Part shown: piece by piece, positions 19,679 through 30,538 of the stretch | Layout: each line of letters opens with the position of its first letter | How positions within the stretch are numbered: the stretch's first letter is position 1 | Notes under the pieces: generated by a model | Seen by the model: the letters and a program-made list of their open reading frames with translations, nothing else | The model's database searches: none | Told to the model about the DNA's origin: nothing | NCBI GenBank assembly: GCA_963703575.1 | Contig: CAVPEU010000026.1 | Location: forward strand, 65,850 to 129,849 | DNA: 64,000 nucleotides | Direction of reading: 5' to 3' | Source of the DNA: an uncultured Chloroflexia bacterium | GTDB lineage: Bacteria; Chloroflexota; Limnocylindria; Limnocylindrales; CSP1-4 | Made by a program: the position numbers and the translations under genes

Positions 19679-19975
19679 GTGATCGACACCTATCCGAGGT
19701 CCGAGGCCGAGCGCCAGCGGTCAGCCGCCGTCGCGCGTGCCCTCGGCGACCCGAAGCGCCTGTGCGTCCTCGAGTCCCTCGCCGGCGGCGAGGCGTCCGT
19801 GGGCGAGCTCGCGGCGCGGGTGAGCTGCCACGTGCCGAACATGAGCCAGCACCTCGCGGTGCTGCGCTCGGCCGGTCTCGTCACCGCCCGCCGGGATGGG
19901 AACACGGTCTACTACCGCCTCGCGGACCCCCGGGTCCTGGAGGCATACCAGCTACTTCAGACCATCGCCCGCTGA
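19679..19975 (+). CDS. ArsR/SmtB-family transcriptional regulator
   Basis: LADPKRLCVLESLAGGEASVGELAARVSCHVPNMSQHLAVLRSAGLV is a winged helix. Confidence 0.85.
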   Translation: MIDTYPRSEAERQRSAAVARALGDPKRLCVLESLAGGEASVGELAARVSCHVPNMSQHLAVLRSAGLVTARRDGNTVYYRLADPRVLEAYQLLQTIAR

Positions 19976-20022
19976 TCGGGCCTGGGACGTCCCGCCGCCG
20001 AGCGGGAGAAAGGAGCCGCCTC

Positions 20023-20364
20023 GTGGCGGAGATCAAGCACGCGACCGACAGCACGTTCGAGGCGCTCGTGCTCAAGAACGACAAGCCGGTGGTCGTCGAC
20101 TTCTGGGCCACCTGGTGCGGGCCCTGCAAGCTGGTCGCTCCCGAGATGGAGAAGATCGCGGCCAAGTACAACGGCGTGGTCGACGTCGTCAAGGTCGACG
20201 TGGACGCGAACCCGGGTCTGTCGCAGGCGTTCGGGATCATGAGCATCCCGACCATCGCGTTCTTCAAGCCCGGCGCACAGCCGCAGGGCGTGGTCGGCTT
20301 CCGGCCGATGGAGCAGCTCGAGGAGGCGTTCGGCCTGTCGGGTCTCGCGGTTCCGGAGGCGTAG
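20023..20364 (+). CDS. trxA: Thioredoxin
   Basis: The WCGPC active site is present. The GTG start is preceded by a GAAAGGAG site. Confidence 0.85.
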   Translation: MAEIKHATDSTFEALVLKNDKPVVVDFWATWCGPCKLVAPEMEKIAAKYNGVVDVVKVDVDANPGLSQAFGIMSIPTIAFFKPGAQPQGVVGFRPMEQLEEAFGLSGLAVPEA

Positions 20365-20444
20365 CCCCCTCCAGACCAGCACGGCCCCGGTCACCGACCG
20401 GGGCCTTTCGAATTCCAGCCCGCCCCCGGGACCCACGGACGCCG

Positions 20445-20873
20445 TCAGTGGCTTCGATCCCCGCCGGCGGCACGCCGATGCGCGAACCGCACCCAGGCCT
20501 CGGCCCGATCCAGCGCGAACCGGTCCGTCACGGCGGGGCTGAACGTGACCCAGCCGGCACCACGCGACGAGGGCCGCGTGTCCGGGGTGGCGAGGGCCGC
20601 CCTGGCCACGGAGCCTTCGAGCGCGACGTCCAGCGTCTCATCACCCAGGATCGCGAACACGCGACCACCGACGCCGAGCATCTCCCGGCCGCCGTCCCGC
20701 GTCCGCGCGACGCCCTCCAGCTCCTCGATCACCGCGCCGACGCGCTCGTCCAGCGACTCGTCGGCCGCCGCCGCGGCGGCTGCGGCACCGGCGGCCGCCT
20801 CGATCTCCTCCAGCGGCAAGTCGTCGTCCTCGTCCTCCGGCTCGAGCCCGTGTCCGTTGCGCTCGTCCGTCAT
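20445..20873 (-). CDS. Hypothetical protein with an acidic N-terminus and a TfoX-N-like C-terminal domain
   Basis: The N-terminus reads EPEDEDDDLPLEEIEAAAG followed by A10. The C-terminus reads GGRVFAILGDETLDVAL...GWVTFSP. Confidence 0.4.
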   Translation of the reverse strand: MTDERNGHGLEPEDEDDDLPLEEIEAAAGAAAAAAAADESLDERVGAVIEELEGVARTRDGGREMLGVGGRVFAILGDETLDVALEGSVARAALATPDTRPSSRGAGWVTFSPAVTDRFALDRAEAWVRFAHRRAAGGDRSH

Positions 20874-21355
20874 CGACCGGCGGCCTCGAGGATCGCGCGC
20901 AGCTCCTTGAGGTGCTCCTCGTAGTGCTCGGTCGTCTCCCCGAAGAACCACTCCTGGTGCTTCGCGTGCTTGATCCAGCGGGCCTCGGGCACGGCGGTCA
21001 GGTAGCCGCGGAGCTCGCCGGCCGTCTCCCGGAACCGGCGCCGGACCTCGGGCAGCGGCATCGCGCGGAAGCGATCCATCGCCTCCGCGTTCATCCGGTC
21101 ACCGGCCCCCGGGACCTCCCACTCGGCGTCGAGCCGCTCGAAGGTCGGGCTCGCCTCCCCCAGCGCGAGCTCCTTCGCCGTGGCCAGCGCGGCCTCCTGC
21201 CACGCGACCATGTGGCCCATGAGATCCCGGCCGGACCAGCCGTTGGCGGCCTCCACCGGCCTGTCCAGCTGCTCGTCCGTCAGGGCGTCGAGGGCCTCGT
21301 AGGCGCGAAACATGTCGCGCTCGTCTTCCAGGAAGGAGAGGGCGTCGAGGTACAT
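20870..21355 (-). CDS. ClbS/DfsB (DinB-like four-helix-bundle) family protein
   Basis: About 160 aa with conserved GWSGRDLMGHMVAWQE and WIKHAKHQEWFFGETTEHYEEHL blocks. It overlaps the downstream gene by 4 nt. Confidence 0.5.
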   Translation of the reverse strand: MYLDALSFLEDERDMFRAYEALDALTDEQLDRPVEAANGWSGRDLMGHMVAWQEAALATAKELALGEASPTFERLDAEWEVPGAGDRMNAEAMDRFRAMPLPEVRRRFRETAGELRGYLTAVPEARWIKHAKHQEWFFGETTEHYEEHLKELRAILEAAGR

Positions 21356-21380
21356 GCCCGCATCGTAGACCCGGGGACCG

Positions 21381-23174
<1,794 letters not shown>

Positions 23175-23314
23175 GGCCACGACTCTAGCACGCGGTCCGC
23201 TCCGGTCTCCGGGGCCGGGGTGCGGCCTCATCCTCGGCCCACCGGTCGCGGCAGGCGAGTGGCGCGCCACGCCTCCGGCGGCGAGCGGCGGCGCGCCGCG
23301 CCTCCGGCGGCGGC

Positions 23315-23935
23315 CTACCTCGAGGCGAACGTCTCCAGCGCCGCGAGCACCTTCGCGTCGCCGAGGTCGGCGGCCAGCAGCACGTTCACGGTCCCCGGCT
23401 CCGTGGACGGCCACGCGACGATCGTCTGGCCGGTGCCGTCCGTCTGGAGCACGTCCAGGCGGCTCGCAGCCCTCCCGCCGACGGTGGATTCGGCGATCTG
23501 CGCCTTCTCGGTCTTGCTGTTGGCGCGTGCGCCGGCGGCATAGAAGGCGATCATCGCCGAGGGCGTGAGGCCCTCGGCCTGGAACACGGCGACAGTCAGC
23601 GCCGTCGTCCCGCCAAGATCCCAGGTGGCGCCCGCGAACCGCAGCTCCGCGACCCCGGTCGAAGCCAGCGTCCCGAGCGCGCTCGTCGTGCAGCTGCGCC
23701 CGGAGTCCACGTTGACCGGTGCCTGGCCCTCGTACGTCCTGGGCAAGGTCGCCTCCAGGTCCGGGTAGGCGCCCGGCTGGCGGCCGTCGGTCGTGCACGC
23801 GCTGGCCGGGTCGAAGCTGGTCACCGGGATGGATGGGCCGCAGGCGGCGATGACGAGGCTGAAGACGACGGCCACCAGGCCGACCGGACGGACGACTGTG
23901 GGCGTGACGGGGCGTGACGGGGCGTGACGGGGCAT
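23315..23935 (-). CDS. Putative lipoprotein
   Basis: [16 protein letters not shown] is a signal plus lipobox. The 5' end carries a 10 bp x3 tandem repeat (GGGCGTGACG) encoding [11 protein letters not shown]. Confidence 0.5.
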   Translation of the reverse strand: MPRHAPSRPVTPTVVRPVGLVAVVFSLVIAACGPSIPVTSFDPASACTTDGRQPGAYPDLEATLPRTYEGQAPVNVDSGRSCTTSALGTLASTGVAELRFAGATWDLGGTTALTVAVFQAEGLTPSAMIAFYAAGARANSKTEKAQIAESTVGGRAASRLDVLQTDGTGQTIVAWPSTEPGTVNVLLAADLGDAKVLAALETFASR

Positions 23936-24446
23936 GCGATGAGCGTACCGGCGGCGCCCGGAACCTGCCGCGACGTGGCTCGCGCGCGGGCGGACGTGAC
24001 GCGGCCGACGGCTCGGAGATCTGCCGGCCGCGCGGCCCATTGACCTGTTGACCCATGACCCATGACCCCATCGTCCCGGCGGTGCCAGCATGCGCCTGAC
24101 CATCGCACGGCACCGACCCCGGACCTGCCGCCCATTGCCTCCGGTCCGGCGCAGTCGTACGGTGACGCCGCGTTCGACACGCGCCGACCCCACGACGAAC
24201 CGGGGGATACCTGGGGCGTCGGTCACGGGTCCGGGGCTGGACGACCCGGCCGTCGGGGACGCTCGACGGCCCGGGGGTTCCTCGTCCCGGATCACGAGCC
24301 GAGTAACCAAGGACGGACCGGCCAGCAGGCCCGGACGTGGGGCGGCAGCACTCATCGCACATCATCCGCGCCCCCGGCGAGTTTCCGCCGAGGGCGCGAT
24401 CATTGCGTGCCTCCGCACGGTGGCGTGCCGGCTCGGCGCGGTGGCC

Positions 24447-25247
24447 CTACCCGAACGGGCTCGAACGCCAGCCCGGGCGCGGGTCCCGGTGCATCCGGCG
24501 GATCCCGCGCCGGTCCAGCTCGTCGCAGATCACGCGCGCGGCCATCGCGAGGTCAGGCTCCCGGGTCACGGTGCACGCGAGCCAGTCGATGTATGAGGGC
24601 TCGAAGGCCGCGATCTCGCCCAGCGTGTGGCCATGGAACTTGCCGAAACCGACCTCCGCGTCGAGCGCCTCGTCGAGCGTCGGGGGCTCCGGCTTCAGGT
24701 GGCCGGCGAGCCTCCCGCGGCCGACCGGCCCGGACGGCTGGGAGGCGCGAAGCTCCGACGCGGACCGGGCGCGACGCAGCGGCGGCTGGCCGGCCAACGG
24801 GAGCCGGGTCCCGGGCGGCGTGGTCGTCTGGTTGCGGGGACGGAACGTTCCCGAGAGGTCCAGGCGCCCGGTCACGGGTCGAGTCGCTCGCGGTGGCGGA
24901 GGCCCGGCTGGACGGCCGTTCGCGCCTGGGGCCCCGGCTCCGGACGCGGCACCGGGCGCGGCGGCACCGGCAGCGCGCACGCCGGCTCGCGCCCTGGTGG
25001 GCGGTCGGCTCTCCGTGGTCTCGCCGGCTCGCGTGAGCGCGGCATAGGCGGCGTTGATCTCGGCCATCCGGCGTGTCGCGCCGCGGGCCGTCTCGGGGTC
25101 GTCGCCGATCAGGTCCGGGTGGTTCTCGCGGGCGAGCGCTCGCCAGGCGGCCTTGATGGCGCCGGGGGAGGCGCCGGGCTGGACACCGAGCACGACGTGG
25201 GGTTCCTTCGGGGACACGCCCAGAGTGTAGCCCGGCGCTTGCCTCAT
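24447..25247 (-). CDS. J-domain (DnaJ-like) protein with Gly/Pro/Ala-rich linker and conserved C-terminal domain
   Basis: GASPGAIKAAWRALARENHPDL contains the HPD motif. The C-terminus reads FGKFHGHTLGEIAAFEPSYIDWLA. Confidence 0.6.
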   Translation of the reverse strand: MRQAPGYTLGVSPKEPHVVLGVQPGASPGAIKAAWRALARENHPDLIGDDPETARGATRRMAEINAAYAALTRAGETTESRPPTRARAGVRAAGAAAPGAASGAGAPGANGRPAGPPPPRATRPVTGRLDLSGTFRPRNQTTTPPGTRLPLAGQPPLRRARSASELRASQPSGPVGRGRLAGHLKPEPPTLDEALDAEVGFGKFHGHTLGEIAAFEPSYIDWLACTVTREPDLAMAARVICDELDRRGIRRMHRDPRPGWRSSPFG

Positions 25248-25407
25248 CCCGGCGCCGGTCCGTGATCCCGGCGCCGGTCCGTGATCCCGTCGCCGGTCCG
25301 GGCACGCGAACGCCCCGTCGCTTGACAGCCGGCGTCGCTCGCAGTCCCCTTGCCACGACCCACGCCGATGCCCATGCCGGCCGCATGCCGGCGGAGGACC
25401 CCGCCCG

Positions 25408-25980
25408 ATGACCACCTGGGACGCCGTGCACGGCAAGCGAGCCGTCCGCGAGTTCGCCGATCGCCCGCTCGACCCCGCCCACCTCGACCGGATCCTGGAG
25501 GCCGGCCGCCGCGCCCACAGCTCCAAGAACCTGCAGCGCTGGGCGTTCATCGTCGTCCGGGATCGCGACCGGCTCCGGGAGCTGTCCACGCTCGGCCCGT
25601 GGGCCGGACACATCGCGGGGGCGGCGGCCGCCGTGGCGCTCGTCATGCCGGACCCGCGCACGGCGGACTCGCCCCTGAGCGTGACCTGGGACCTGGGCGG
25701 TGCCGCGGCCCAGATGATGCTGGTCGCGTGGGAGCTCGGCATCGGCAGCTGTCCCGCGACGGTCTACGAGCACGACCGCGCCCGCGAGATCCTCGGCTAC
25801 CCGCCGGAGATGTACTGCGAGTACATCCTCTCGTTCGGCTACCCGAAGGACCCCTCGGTGATGACCCGCCCCAACCGGCCCGGCGGAAGGCGCCCGGAGG
25901 ATGAGATCGTCCACGAGGAGCGCTGGGGCGGGTCGCCGGACATCGACCAGCTCGAGGCCGGGTCGCCGGACCGCGCCTAG
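25408..25980 (+). CDS. Nitroreductase-family protein
   Basis: RAHSSKNLQRWAFIVV and GAAAQMMLVAWELGIGSC fit the nitroreductase fold. Confidence 0.8.
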   Translation: MTTWDAVHGKRAVREFADRPLDPAHLDRILEAGRRAHSSKNLQRWAFIVVRDRDRLRELSTLGPWAGHIAGAAAAVALVMPDPRTADSPLSVTWDLGGAAAQMMLVAWELGIGSCPATVYEHDRAREILGYPPEMYCEYILSFGYPKDPSVMTRPNRPGGRRPEDEIVHEERWGGSPDIDQLEAGSPDRA

Positions 25981-25987
25981 CCGCCGC

Positions 25988-27274
25988 CTAGCCGGACCGC
26001 GCCTGGTTCGGGGGCCCCTCGTACTCGCCTCCGTCGACCTCCACGTCCAGCGTCGCGAGGGCCGCGTCCAGCGCCGAGTCCGGCCGTTCCGGCGCCGGGG
26101 CACCCTCGGCGAGGTAGGACTCGATGGCGGTCTCCAGGCCGACATCCAGGCCCGCGTGCTCGGACAGCAGCCACTTGTGCTCCAGCACGTCGCAGTAGGC
26201 CTGGACGAGGTCCCGGTCCGGACCGACCGCCCGCGCGATCCGCGCCTGCGTCGGCCGGTAGACCTCCCGCAGCCAACGCTCCGCCGCCTCCTCCGGGGTG
26301 ACCGTGCGCCGCTCGTGGTACTCGAGCCACGTGGCGTACTCGGTGAGGTCGTTGAGCAGGATCCGTGCCTGCCCCTCGAGGGTCCGGAGGCGCGTCCGGC
26401 GCTCCAGCTCGTTCGCGTGGTAGCGGCGGGTCGTCACCGACGTCCGCAGCCGCACCGCCCCCCTCGAGACCGGGTCCACCTCCAGGTCAACGGAGAAGCC
26501 CAGCTCGTTGAGGCGCCGCAGCCGGGCCCGGATCGTCTGCCGGTCGCCCGCGACCAGCTCGGGCTGGTCGTGGAGCTCCGCCCACACGGCCCCATACCTC
26601 GCCCGCACGGATTCGGCGGCGTCGATGGCGGCGTCGGCATCGTCGGGCCGGCCCTGGTAGAGGGCAAGATCGGCGAGGCCGAAGGCGACGTTCTCGACGA
26701 GGATGTCGAGATCGAACCGGCGCTGGCCGTCGGACAGCGAGGGATGGACCTCGGCCGTCTCCGCGTCCACGAGGTAGGCCTGGATCCGGTCGCCGTCACG
26801 CCGGAACAGCGTGTTCGCGAGCGAGCAGTCGCCCCAGTAGACGCCGCCGCGGTGGAGGTCCACGAGCAGCAGCGACATCGCGTCCAGGAGCCGGTCAAGG
26901 TATGGCGTCGCGCTCGCTCCCAGCCGCATCAGCAGGCGCCGGTACTGCATCGAGTGGCGGAGGTACTCCGTCACGAGGATCGCCTCGCCATCCTCCGGCC
27001 GCTGCGCCAGCCCGACCGCGCGAACGGCCGGCAGCCCGGCATCCTCGAGGCGGCGAAGGGCGGAGAACTCGCGCTCCGCGACCTCGGCCGGGAGCTCCTT
27101 GAGCGCGTACACGATGCCGCCGGAGACCAGGAACCGCACGAGATGGCGCGACGGGCCCACGGACAGCTCGCGGAAGCGGAGCACGCTGTCGTCCCAGGCC
27201 ACGAGCGGGCGCTCCCAGGGCAGGTCGAGCAGGGCGGTGACCTCGTCCCGCAGGCGCAGGCGCGGGAAGGTCAT
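25988..27274 (-). CDS. DUF4032-like protein with an N-terminal Kdo/protein-kinase-like fold
   Basis: About 430 aa. It contains a GGVYWGDCSLANTLF (kinase catalytic-loop-like) region and LVDAETAEVH. Confidence 0.5.
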   Translation of the reverse strand: MTFPRLRLRDEVTALLDLPWERPLVAWDDSVLRFRELSVGPSRHLVRFLVSGGIVYALKELPAEVAEREFSALRRLEDAGLPAVRAVGLAQRPEDGEAILVTEYLRHSMQYRRLLMRLGASATPYLDRLLDAMSLLLVDLHRGGVYWGDCSLANTLFRRDGDRIQAYLVDAETAEVHPSLSDGQRRFDLDILVENVAFGLADLALYQGRPDDADAAIDAAESVRARYGAVWAELHDQPELVAGDRQTIRARLRRLNELGFSVDLEVDPVSRGAVRLRTSVTTRRYHANELERRTRLRTLEGQARILLNDLTEYATWLEYHERRTVTPEEAAERWLREVYRPTQARIARAVGPDRDLVQAYCDVLEHKWLLSEHAGLDVGLETAIESYLAEGAPAPERPDSALDAALATLDVEVDGGEYEGPPNQARSG

Positions 27275-27329
27275 CGAGAGGACACCCCGGTCTTGGGCGG
27301 GAAGCGAAGGGCGCCGGGCGGAGGCCGGT

Positions 27330-27770
27330 TCAGGGCCGCTTGCGGAGGTAGGCAGTCACCCCCGCCTCGTACCCGAGCGACTCGTACAGCTGCCGCGCTT
27401 CCGGCCGGTGATGGCCGGCGGTGATCTCGATGAACGCGGCGCCCTCCTCGTTCGCGACGCGCTCCGCCTCTGCCATCAGCAACCGCCCGATACCCCGCTC
27501 CCGGCCGCCGGGATCCACGACCAGGGCGACGATCCGGACGAAATGGTCGCCGGTCGCGAACCGGGGCATGACGTGGAAGGCGACGAACCCGATGACCTCT
27601 CCGCCCGCCTCCGCGACGACGACCCGCGACTCCGGCGAGGAGAAGCGCGCGATGCGCAGCGCGAGGTCGCTGGCACCGGCCGGGTAGCCCTCGTCGGTGA
27701 GCATGGTGGCGAGGCGTTCGGCGTCCCCCGCCGTGGCGTTCCGGAGCGTGACCTGGCCGGCGTCGTTCAT
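27330..27770 (-). CDS. GNAT-family N-acetyltransferase
   Basis: VVDPGGRERGIGRLLMAEAERVANEEGAAFIE contains the acetyl-CoA-binding Q/RxxGxG/A motif. The start is the internal Met MNDAGQ. Confidence 0.7.
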   Translation of the reverse strand: MNDAGQVTLRNATAGDAERLATMLTDEGYPAGASDLALRIARFSSPESRVVVAEAGGEVIGFVAFHVMPRFATGDHFVRIVALVVDPGGRERGIGRLLMAEAERVANEEGAAFIEITAGHHRPEARQLYESLGYEAGVTAYLRKRP

Positions 27771-28483
27771 GGCGCGATGGTACCCGGCGAGGCGTCCCCG
27801 GACGAGGGGCGCGGGGCATCGACCAGCAGGAGGTGCGGCCCGGCGACGGGCGTACCGCGGACCAGGACCGAGCGCCCGAAGGGCCCCCGGCGGACCGCCG
27901 ACACCGCCGCGTGGCGGGCGCGAGCCCCGGCGATCCAGGCGTCGAGCCCGCCGGCGGGCCGCAGGTACAGCCCGCACGGCCCCTCGTCGTCCCGCGCGAG
28001 CGAGGCGGCCAGGCGGCCCTCGGTCACCGGCTCCGACAGGACGAGCACCTCGCCGGGCAGCCCGGGTGCGCCACGGACGCGGCTCCGCGCCCCGAGGTGA
28101 GGGTCCGTGCCGTCGGCGGGCCGGCCGCTCGCCGGAGCGGGCTCGAGCCACGGCGCCAGGTCCGCCTCCGCCCGCTCGATGTCGACCGTGCACCACGCCA
28201 CGCCGACCAGGGTGAGGGCGAGCGACGGGGACGGGTCGGGCAACGCATCCGGGGCGGCGTTCCCGGCAGGCTCGAACACGAGGCGGCCGCCGGCCGCCGG
28301 GTCGTCGGCCGGGCTCTCGCGCCGCCAGGGCACGACCTCGAGGTCCGCCGTCCCGAGCGAGAGGAGGAACGCGCCCGTGACGGCTGGGTGCGCCGCGAAT
28401 GCCGCGCCCAGCCGCCGCCCGAGATCCGCGGCCAGCGCCGCCGGGTCCGCTGCCTGCCAGTTGAGGCGCGCCCAGCGGATCAA
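27767..28483 (-). CDS. Hypothetical protein (glyoxalase/VOC-like fragment similarity)
   Basis: LTLVGVAWCTVDIERAEADLAPW is present. It overlaps the GNAT start by 4 nt. Confidence 0.4.
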   Translation of the reverse strand: MIRWARLNWQAADPAALAADLGRRLGAAFAAHPAVTGAFLLSLGTADLEVVPWRRESPADDPAAGGRLVFEPAGNAAPDALPDPSPSLALTLVGVAWCTVDIERAEADLAPWLEPAPASGRPADGTDPHLGARSRVRGAPGLPGEVLVLSEPVTEGRLAASLARDDEGPCGLYLRPAGGLDAWIAGARARHAAVSAVRRGPFGRSVLVRGTPVAGPHLLLVDAPRPSSGDASPGTIAP

Positions 28484-28493
28484 GGACGAACCG

Positions 28494-29324
28494 TCACTCG
28501 AGCATCATGTCCGGCGCCTCGCCGATCGAGGCGAACCCGAGCCGCTGGTAGAGGTGCCGTGCGGTCACGTTGCCGCTGAACACGCCGAGGTAGGTGAACC
28601 TGGAGCCGCGGCTCCGGCCGGTCGCGACCGCCGCCCGGGTCACGAGCCCGGCCAGCCCGCGGCCCCGGAACATCGGCCGGGTGCCGATGGACGAAAGGTA
28701 GGTGCAACCGTCGAACGTGGTGGCCTTGGCGACGGCGGCCGGCACGCCGTCCACGCGCGCGAGGACGAGCGCAACACGCGGGTCATCCAGCGTCTGGCGC
28801 AGGTCCCCGGCGAGCTCCGGCGCACGTGGTGGCGGGGCGCCGAACGCCTCCGCGAGCACGCCTGCCGCGCCGTCCACGTCACCCTCGCCGGCATCCCGGG
28901 CACGGGCGATCGTCCGGACGGACACGCCCGGCTCGACCTCGCCGGCCGACACGGGCGGGCACGCGGCCGGGTCCTGGAGCAGCATGACGTGCCCGCCGCC
29001 CACGTCGCGGAAGCCGTTCGCCTCCAGCCGGGCCGCGAGGTCCCCGGGCTCGCCGTGCTGGGGCGAAGGCCAGATGTGGGGCCGTCGGGCGAGCAGGCCG
29101 AACAGCGCCAGCGCCTGCGTGAGCCGGCGGTCGAACGCGTCCGGGTCCGCGGGCCAGCGGACGCTCACCATCCGGTTCCAGAACGGATCGGCGTCAACCG
29201 GGTCGTACAGCACGAGCGCGTCGCCGAGGTCCCGCACCTCGCGGCGCGGGATGGCATGGGCGTCCGACTCGTGCCGTTCCAGGCGGCGGATCGTTGCGTC
29301 ATCGAGCCTGAGCGAAGGTGTCAC
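28494..29324 (-). CDS. GNAT-family acetyltransferase (two-lobed)
   Basis: FRGRGLAGLVTRAAV and HLYQRLGF are GNAT motifs. Confidence 0.65.
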   Translation of the reverse strand: MTPSLRLDDATIRRLERHESDAHAIPRREVRDLGDALVLYDPVDADPFWNRMVSVRWPADPDAFDRRLTQALALFGLLARRPHIWPSPQHGEPGDLAARLEANGFRDVGGGHVMLLQDPAACPPVSAGEVEPGVSVRTIARARDAGEGDVDGAAGVLAEAFGAPPPRAPELAGDLRQTLDDPRVALVLARVDGVPAAVAKATTFDGCTYLSSIGTRPMFRGRGLAGLVTRAAVATGRSRGSRFTYLGVFSGNVTARHLYQRLGFASIGEAPDMMLE

Positions 29325-29403
29325 ACCATCACAATAGCCAAGGGGTGGGCGCGCGCCCCACCACGTGCAACCGGCCCGGCCGACGCCCGGCCGGCGCGGG
29401 CGG

Positions 29404-30414
29404 TCAGCGGCGCTGCGCGACGATCGCGGAGGCGCCCGATGGCAGGTCGATCAGCTCTGGCGCCGGCACGTCCGCGGCCGCGAACCAGCCCAGGGCCTCG
29501 GATCGGGTGACCAGCCGGGTTCCCTGGAGCAGCTCGTCCAGCTGCATGCCCGCGATCAGCTCCGCGTGACGCGTTCGCAGCTCGTCGGGGTCCGACGGCA
29601 GGTACCAGTCCAGCGCCACCAGCCAGCCCCCCGGCCGCACGGCCGCCCAGGCGGAGCGGATCGCCGCCGCCGGGTCCGGGAGCTGGTGGAGCGCGTACTG
29701 GAAGTAGGCGAGCTGGACCTCGCCCTCGTGGCCGACGGCATCGACATCGCCCTGCTCGATCGTGATCCGGCCGGCCAGCCCGGCCGCCTCGACGTTGGCG
29801 CGCGCCCGGGTCACGGAGTCCGGCTCGAACTCCACGCCGGTCAGCACGACCTCCGGGAAGCGGCGCGCCATCGCCAGCAGCCACCGACCACCACCGCAGT
29901 GGACATCCAGCACCCGCTCGCCCGGACGCAGGTCCGCGACCAGCTGGGGCAGCGCCGCGAGGACCTCCTGGAAGAACACCGCGATGTCCTGGACCGTGAG
30001 CCGCTCGATCGCCGCGCGATACCGGTCCGGGCGCCCGGTGACCGGCCGGCCGGTCCGGAACACGTCCACCAGGCTGCCGTAGTCCAGGCTGCCCGTGGCC
30101 GCGTGGAGGTACTGGCCTCCGAGGTACTCGGCGCGATCGGCGTCCAGGAGCACCGCGGCGACGTCCTCGGGCATGTGGAGCCGGCCCTCGCCGATCTCCA
30201 GGAGGTCGTGCGCGTCGGCGCCCCAGGCCCAGCTGTCGACCAGCCGGGCCTCGGTGCCGGTCGCCGCGGCCAGCTCCTCGACCGTCAGGCCGGTACGCCC
30301 GGCGGCTCGCAGCCGCTCGAACAGCCCGAGCTCCAGGCCGACGTACACCAGCCACGTCCGGTAGAAGCCTCCCAGGCTGGCGACCAGGTCATCGAAGCGG
30401 TCGTCGAGGCTCAT
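29404..30414 (-). CDS. Class I SAM-dependent (O-)methyltransferase with N-terminal winged-helix dimerisation domain
   Basis: VLDVHCGGGRWLLAMA is motif I. A plant-OMT-like N-terminal HTH is present. Confidence 0.7.
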   Translation of the reverse strand: MSLDDRFDDLVASLGGFYRTWLVYVGLELGLFERLRAAGRTGLTVEELAAATGTEARLVDSWAWGADAHDLLEIGEGRLHMPEDVAAVLLDADRAEYLGGQYLHAATGSLDYGSLVDVFRTGRPVTGRPDRYRAAIERLTVQDIAVFFQEVLAALPQLVADLRPGERVLDVHCGGGRWLLAMARRFPEVVLTGVEFEPDSVTRARANVEAAGLAGRITIEQGDVDAVGHEGEVQLAYFQYALHQLPDPAAAIRSAWAAVRPGGWLVALDWYLPSDPDELRTRHAELIAGMQLDELLQGTRLVTRSEALGWFAAADVPAPELIDLPSGASAIVAQRR

Positions 30415-30538
30415 GCCCCGATTGTGACATGCGCGTGAGCCGCAAGGAACATGCTAGCGGCAAGTAACACGTAGTGGCTCGGAGGTGCTACGATCCGGCC
30501 AGCTTCCCCTCCGCCTATCGCCCGGAGCCAACCTCGCA

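Noticed and set aside
27330-28196. A 288-aa GNAT ORF starting at 28196.
   Set aside because: The N-terminal 140 aa are Arg/Gly/Pro low-complexity and overlap the upstream gene. The internal start MNDAGQ at 27770 gives a normal-sized GNAT with a 4-nt overlap typical of this operon.
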